Below, one piece after another: positions 58,337-64,000 of a DNA stretch of 64,000 bases; the stretch's first letter is position 1, and each line of letters begins with the position of its first letter. The stretch is from assembly GCA_012295275.1 (NCBI GenBank), contig CM022677.1, positions 9,362,001-9,426,000 on the forward strand, in the 5' to 3' direction. The translations under genes were made by a program, and so were the position numbers. The DNA comes from Chrysomallon squamiferum (lineage: Eukaryota > Animalia > Mollusca). The notes below the pieces were generated by a model. It ran no database searches, was not told where the DNA came from, and worked only from the letters and a program-made list of their open reading frames with translations.

Positions 58337-59548
58337 ACATATTTTAATCCACATAATCAAGTGTCCTGATCCATGTAACCGATGTCCAAAACCTCATCCA
58401 CATCCATATAACCACTTTCCCAAATACATGAACCAGAAATAATGTTTTATTCCTTGCAATAAGTGGACATATTCACTTTAAATTTTATTACCGTTAACTT
58501 GGCAAAGCAGATTTATCCTAAGGCAAAAAAAAAAAAAGGAAGATCATTTTGCTGTGAGACAACAGTGCATGTTCTAGTCCTGATTTAGCTGGATTATTTT
58601 TAAATAAAACATTTCTTTCTTCAATCAATGACAACCCCCACCAATTTCAGACTTATTTTTGTTTAATTAAATAATAACAAGGATGGATACAAAAGTCACT
58701 GTATGCATTGCATTCAAAGAGGAGTAATAATTGTCTTTCTTCAATAATAACACAAACAATAATAAAATGATCTTAGCAACATTGTAATTTAATCAGCAAA
58801 TTGTACACAATTTAGAACACGATTAACAACACATAAACTAACAAAACCAAAATAAACCAAATCAACCTATAAACCAAGAAAATATAGAAAACAAAAATAA
58901 CATTGTACTTTATAAATAATTTTTAAACAAATAATAAAGATATGATTAATTACTCCAGTATTCACAAACAGTTTTGTTATCTAGTACTGCAGCATGTTTA
59001 ATAATTTCTGTTTCTAAACAGCTAATACGTTCAGGTTTTCTTTCTTGTTCAGCAAGAAAGAATTTATTTCAGTCAGAAATGTGTGCATATGGATATACTC
59101 TGTACTACTTCATGGCTTTGTACAGAAAATATTAAAACTCGAAAAAATACCAAACTGATAATTAGCCATTGTAAAGAACCAAAGATGAATAGTTACACTG
59201 AAAATTAAAATAACCTATTAAAATAATTGCTAATTTCCATGGTTCAGTAATTTCTGTTATTAATTATTGAACTTCAAAAGTTAGACTAATTTACATAAAT
59301 AATTAACTTTACTTTACTAACATAATTTCATTTCATCAGAACCATGATTTAATATAGTATTCTCCATTAAATTACAGCAAATATAAATTTAGAAAGACAA
59401 AATAAAATATTAATAAAAAAAAAATAAAAAAGAATATAAAAAATTAAAAAAAAATTAAAAAAATTAAAAAGGTTCATTTCAATGCACAAACTTTATATAT
59501 AAATTTCTTAAGAAAATTTATATATAGTCACAATAAAAGGGTACATTT

Positions 59549-62495
59549 TTATTTTTGGTTTTCCTCGTCAGGGGGAGGGAACTGTGTTTTGAGCTGCATC
59601 ACGCAGTCGGTGCCTGGGTAGGGGGCAGCTGAAGGGAGTACTTCTGTTCTAGAGTTTTCGGAACAAATCTTCCGCCCAGATAGTGGTACTTCCCCTTGAA
59701 GAGTTCTGCACATTTCTTTGGAGCTGTGAGAGAAATGAGCAGGTCTGGCTGAAGTCCATCTGGATCCCCATGTTCAACATGCCAACCTGGCAAAACAAAG
59801 TTTAATTACTGAGATACAACATGCCAACATAAAAACAAAGTTTAATTACTGAGATACAACATGCCAACATAAAAACAAAGTTTAATTACTGAGATACAAC
59901 ATGCCAACATAAAAACAAAGTTTAATTACTGAGATACAACATGCCAACATAAAAACAAGTTTAATTACTGAGATACAACATGCCAACATAAAAACAAGTT
60001 TAATTACTGAGATACAACATGCCAACATAAAAACAAAGTTTAATTACTGAGATACAACATGCCAACATAAAAACAAGTTTAATTACTGAGATACAACATG
60101 CCAACATAAAAACAAAGTTTAATTACTGAGATACAACATGCCAACATAAAAACAAAGTTTAATTACTGAGATACAACATGCCAACATAAAAACAAAGTTT
60201 AATTACTGAGATACAACATGCCAACATAAAAACAAGTTTAATTACTGATTTGTGAACCAAAGAGCTTATTGAATAAAAAATAATGAGATTGTCTGTTCTC
60301 TGTTCCAGATCACTGAACCAACATTAGTTTACCTTTTTTACATATAATTAAAGATTTCTTTAAAGAAACTGTGGATTTAACATTATAATTTTCATTAATA
60401 ATTCCTTTATTAGAATTTTTTTTGTTTTGAAATTGTGATATAAATATTTATTTTACACTTGATTATCATGAATAAAGTGAAGGATGCGTGTCTAATAAAA
60501 GGACTGCTTTATTAATTCACTTGCGTTGGCATTTTGTAAACATGAGCAAAAAGTGCCTCATGTTTAAGAAAATAATCTGATAAATTAATGTTCAGTATTA
60601 TAAGTGAATAATATATTCTCGGTTCTTACCTATCTGAAGATAAAGAACAGAGATGGTCTGAATGTTTCTAAGTGAAAGAGGGTCACAAAGAAAGAACCAA
60701 GTATAATATAGCAAGCTTTGGTATGTATTCATGCAAATGTTGGTTATCAGGTTTTTTTCTCAGGGGTCTACACATTTTTACAAAACTGATAAGTTATCTC
60801 TTATGTGATTACTCAAGTGATTATACTGTAAAAAAAAATATATTTAAAAAAAGAACAAAACAAACAAGAGATTTTCCTGGCATTACCTGAAGGGACATCA
60901 ATACTGCAGATGGGTATGTCTGACTGAATGGACTTTAAGTGTTCGAGCACGCTGGCAAACTCCGGCCTCACCGGCGGCTTGAAGCTGAAACCAAACAGGC
61001 CATCTACAACCAGGTTGTACGCATCGACAATCAGCTGCGGGACAGAGGGAAAGAACGAGAGAAACGGCATGTCCATCCCTTCACACTGGCGCCGCAGACT
61101 CTCAAACAGAGGCTTGCTTGGCTGCTTTGGATAAAACACTGATGGACGATAGCCCTGCATTTATTTTTAATTACATATATATAATAAACTTGATTATAAC
61201 TGAAAATGTTTCAAATTAAAATAATAAATGTTAATTTAAAGATTAATTATTTCGAACTATTATAAATTAGAAAAATTCAGTTTTCCAAATATTTAAAAAT
61301 CATTTACTATATACTCTGTGCATAATAAAATCTGCTACCAACTTGATTGTTTGCCTTTTGAGACATTTATGGTTAATTATGTTGTTCTTATTTTTGTTTT
61401 TAAAAAAGTTTAGGGAAATAGTTGAACAATGATTTCGAATTTTAAAAACAATTTTTTAAAAACATTATTTGTTGTTGGAGATTTTAAAGGTGCTTCTCTA
61501 AAAGATTCAACTATTTTTTTTATCGATTAATCCAGAAATTATCACTTTATAAATAAATTACATTTAATAATTAATAATTTTATTTATAGTAATTATATAT
61601 ATATATATTAATAATTAATAATTTATATACACTAATAATTTATTTATAAAGTAACAAACATTATATGCAATAATTTACATAATATAGTAAAAATTATATA
61701 CAAAGTAATAGTTTATATACAGTAATAATTAATCTATAAAGGTGAAGAACTCACAAACAGTTTGAGGTGTCTGGCACAGACCAGTCCATCGCCTCCATTG
61801 TTTCCTGGACCACAACAGACAAGGACAGCTCCATTGTCTTTTGTCATCTTCTCTAGAGGAAAACACTGAAACACACACACTTGTAAATAACACAGGTTGT
61901 AATTTTCTCTAGACAAAAACATATGATTAGACAAACACATAAATATACATTATTTCTTCAAACATACTTTACTTTGTAAATTTACTAAATGAAGATTAAC
62001 GTGTACAAAATTTAATATTGTTATGAAACACATAATAAATGATTTAATTAACAAAATAACATCTTATAAAATTGAATATTACTATAAAAACATAATAAAA
62101 TATCACAGCAGAATATTAGAAGCAAAGTGAAACATCTGACTAAATTCTTTAAACACCAAATTTAGTATTCTTATAGAAACATAATAAAAATTTAACACTA
62201 GAAACATATATTTTTTATTAAAAAGATAATAAAGTATTTAATATAATTGTATTCAACATAAAACATGATAAAACATAATGTGACTAAAAACAGAGACAAA
62301 ATTAAAATATTCCTCAGAGTTTGTTTTTTACTTGACAGTCTCGTACGTTCTCATAAAGAGAAATGTTTGAGATGTTTGTCACTTGCCTTGGCTATGGCCA
62401 CCGCACAGCTGTACCCAGCGAGCTCCATCAGCTGCTCCACGGTGAAAGCATACTCCGTAAACAACTCCTCATCTATCTTCCTAGCCTCATCCTGA
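59549..62495 (-). CDS. NAXE: NAD(P)H-hydrate epimerase (NAXE/APOA1BP), first exon unresolved, apparent 1-nt frameshift in last exon
   Basis: Exons 62495-62387 (GC donor), 61865-61755, 61154-60887 and 59786-59549 give [94 protein letters not shown] and HYLGGRFVP. Adding one base in the G5 run at 59621-59625 restores [13 protein letters not shown] and a stop at 59551-59549. Confidence 0.93.
59775..60248 (-). repeat. 39/40-bp minisatellite (12 units) copying the NAXE last-exon acceptor region
   Basis: Plus-strand unit caacatgccaacataaaaacaa(a)gtttaattactgagata. The first unit overlaps the exon start and carries the real acceptor. Confidence 0.97.
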
Positions 62496-62519
62496 CTGCA
62501 AAATTATAAATAAACAACT

Positions 62520-62605
62520 CAGTTAACAACACCAACAACAACAATAGTGATACAGTAGTAGTAGTAGTAGTAATAATAATAATAATAATAATGATATTAT
62601 GTAAG

Positions 62606-62642
<37 letters not shown>

Positions 62643-62695
62643 CAACACCAACAATAACATTGTAGTAATAATTGTAATTATAGTAATAACAACAT
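62520..62695. repeat. Compound trinucleotide microsatellite (AAC/AGT/AAT)n
   Basis: Direct inspection. Confidence 0.9.
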
Positions 62696-64000
62696 TTTTT
62701 ATAGTGGTGGTTTATAGGAAAATGTTGTTTAATTATTTATTATAATTAGCAATTATTATGTAGATTTATCCATGAATCGCACATAGTCAGATGAGAAAAC
62801 TCATTAGTCAATATGATGAGACTATTAAAACAAAAAACAGAATGGAGGAAAATCTCCAGGGTCAGTGCTGTGATTTGAAACAATTTAATTCACAAGAGTA
62901 AAAAGAAAAATCAATGATTATGATTCCTAGTCACTAGCTGTTAACAACTGGGCTACAACACTGTTATGTTGCTACTGAATATCTTGTCTACATGTAAAAC
63001 CTGAATCCTGCTGAGTTAAAATTTGTGTTTAAGCTTCCAATTTGCAATCCCGTCTGTGTAATCAAATTGTTCCTCCCATGTTGTATTGAAATCAAAATAA
63101 CCACTAACATATGTGAATTTACACTGAAAGTATATATATAGATTACAGATATTTTGCAAATTGTTTATACCAAATGGGTTGATATGTATTAAAAATAAAA
63201 TCTGTTATAGATATGTGTCATATTATATGTAAATAATATTAAAAAGAAATTATCAAATATATGACAATATGAAATTATTAAATTTAACAATTCATTAATG
63301 AACTAAAAAATAGATTTGTTTTATTAAAAATTATTAATAATACAACAAAACTTGTTTTCATTAATAACAGCTTTGACTTTGGAGAAAATTAATAACACTG
63401 ACAAAAGCCATTGAATGAAGATTTCTCATTATGTATATAACCTATGTTAATAATAATAACAAATAATAATAATAGTTATAATACTAATTTTATCAATTCA
63501 TTATTTTTCTTTCCTGTTGATGGAGAAGAATGTTAGTGATGTTTTAACTAACAAACTTGATAAAGATTATGAAAGGCAGACAACTTCTGTTATATAAAAT
63601 ACAATCAAATAAGATTAATTTTATTAAGTCATTTTTTTCTTTCCTGTTCATAAGAAGAATGATAATAATTTGTTTAATGCATACCTCTTCATCTTTGACA
63701 TTTAAAAATTACACATTTTAATGTTGTAATGTCAGATTAGACTTTTAAATGACTCCTATGTTATATTTATGCACAAATTCATTTGTAAGAAACATGCTTT
63801 CATGTTGAATACTTCTATTTGCAATGTCAAAAGGATCTTTGTGGATAGCTGTTGAAATCTGCAAATATGTTTTATTATTTGTCATTGTTTGAGATCAGTA
63901 TGTAAATTTATAATATGTAGATTTTGTTTTAATTACTTAAAAATAGTTTGGCATTGTATATTTTAGTGGAAATGTAATTACATTTAATCATTAATACATA

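Noticed and set aside
59775-60248. CRISPR-like array
   Set aside because: The units are contiguous with no unique spacers, there are no cas genes, and it lies in a eukaryotic intron. It is a minisatellite.
62900-62965. tRNA-like A-box on the minus strand (also 3010-3050 on plus)
   Set aside because: Too short and degenerate. At most a SINE-head relic.
63685-63701. Possible first NAXE exon (MSKMKS, phase-2 donor AG|gtatgc)
   Set aside because: The phase fits, but it lacks the usual KYL residues and any promoter-like context. The true first exon may lie beyond the window.

Overview
AT-rich, intron-rich animal genomic DNA with many microsatellites, probably lophotrochozoan/mollusc-like (inferred). 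Exons were assembled by hand from splice sites and reading frames. Six protein-coding genes are supported: (1) pyruvate kinase (-, 3' part outside the window) with two candidate alternative N-terminal exons; (2) a two-coding-exon gene (+) for a 329-aa secreted protein made of two tandem Frizzled cysteine-rich domains with no netrin or transmembrane domain; (3) SKIV2L/SKI2 helicase (+, 24 coding exons); (4) a PWWP + integrase-binding-domain HDGFL2/LEDGF-like gene (-, 19 coding exons); (5) HDDC3/MESH1 (+, 4 coding exons); (6) NAXE (-, 5' end unresolved, apparent 1-nt frameshift in the last exon). Transposon relics include MULE, L1/Tx1 LINE, Tc1, Tigger, a possible hAT and a SINE core. Most notable: the double-CRD secreted protein; three independent minisatellites that each copy an exon-intron junction; a gene set whose human homologues map to MHC-paralogous regions; adjacent NAD(P)H housekeeping genes MESH1 and NAXE; a recursive-splice-type AG|GTAAGT exon; and up to three GC-AG introns. 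No tRNA, rRNA or CRISPR array was seen.
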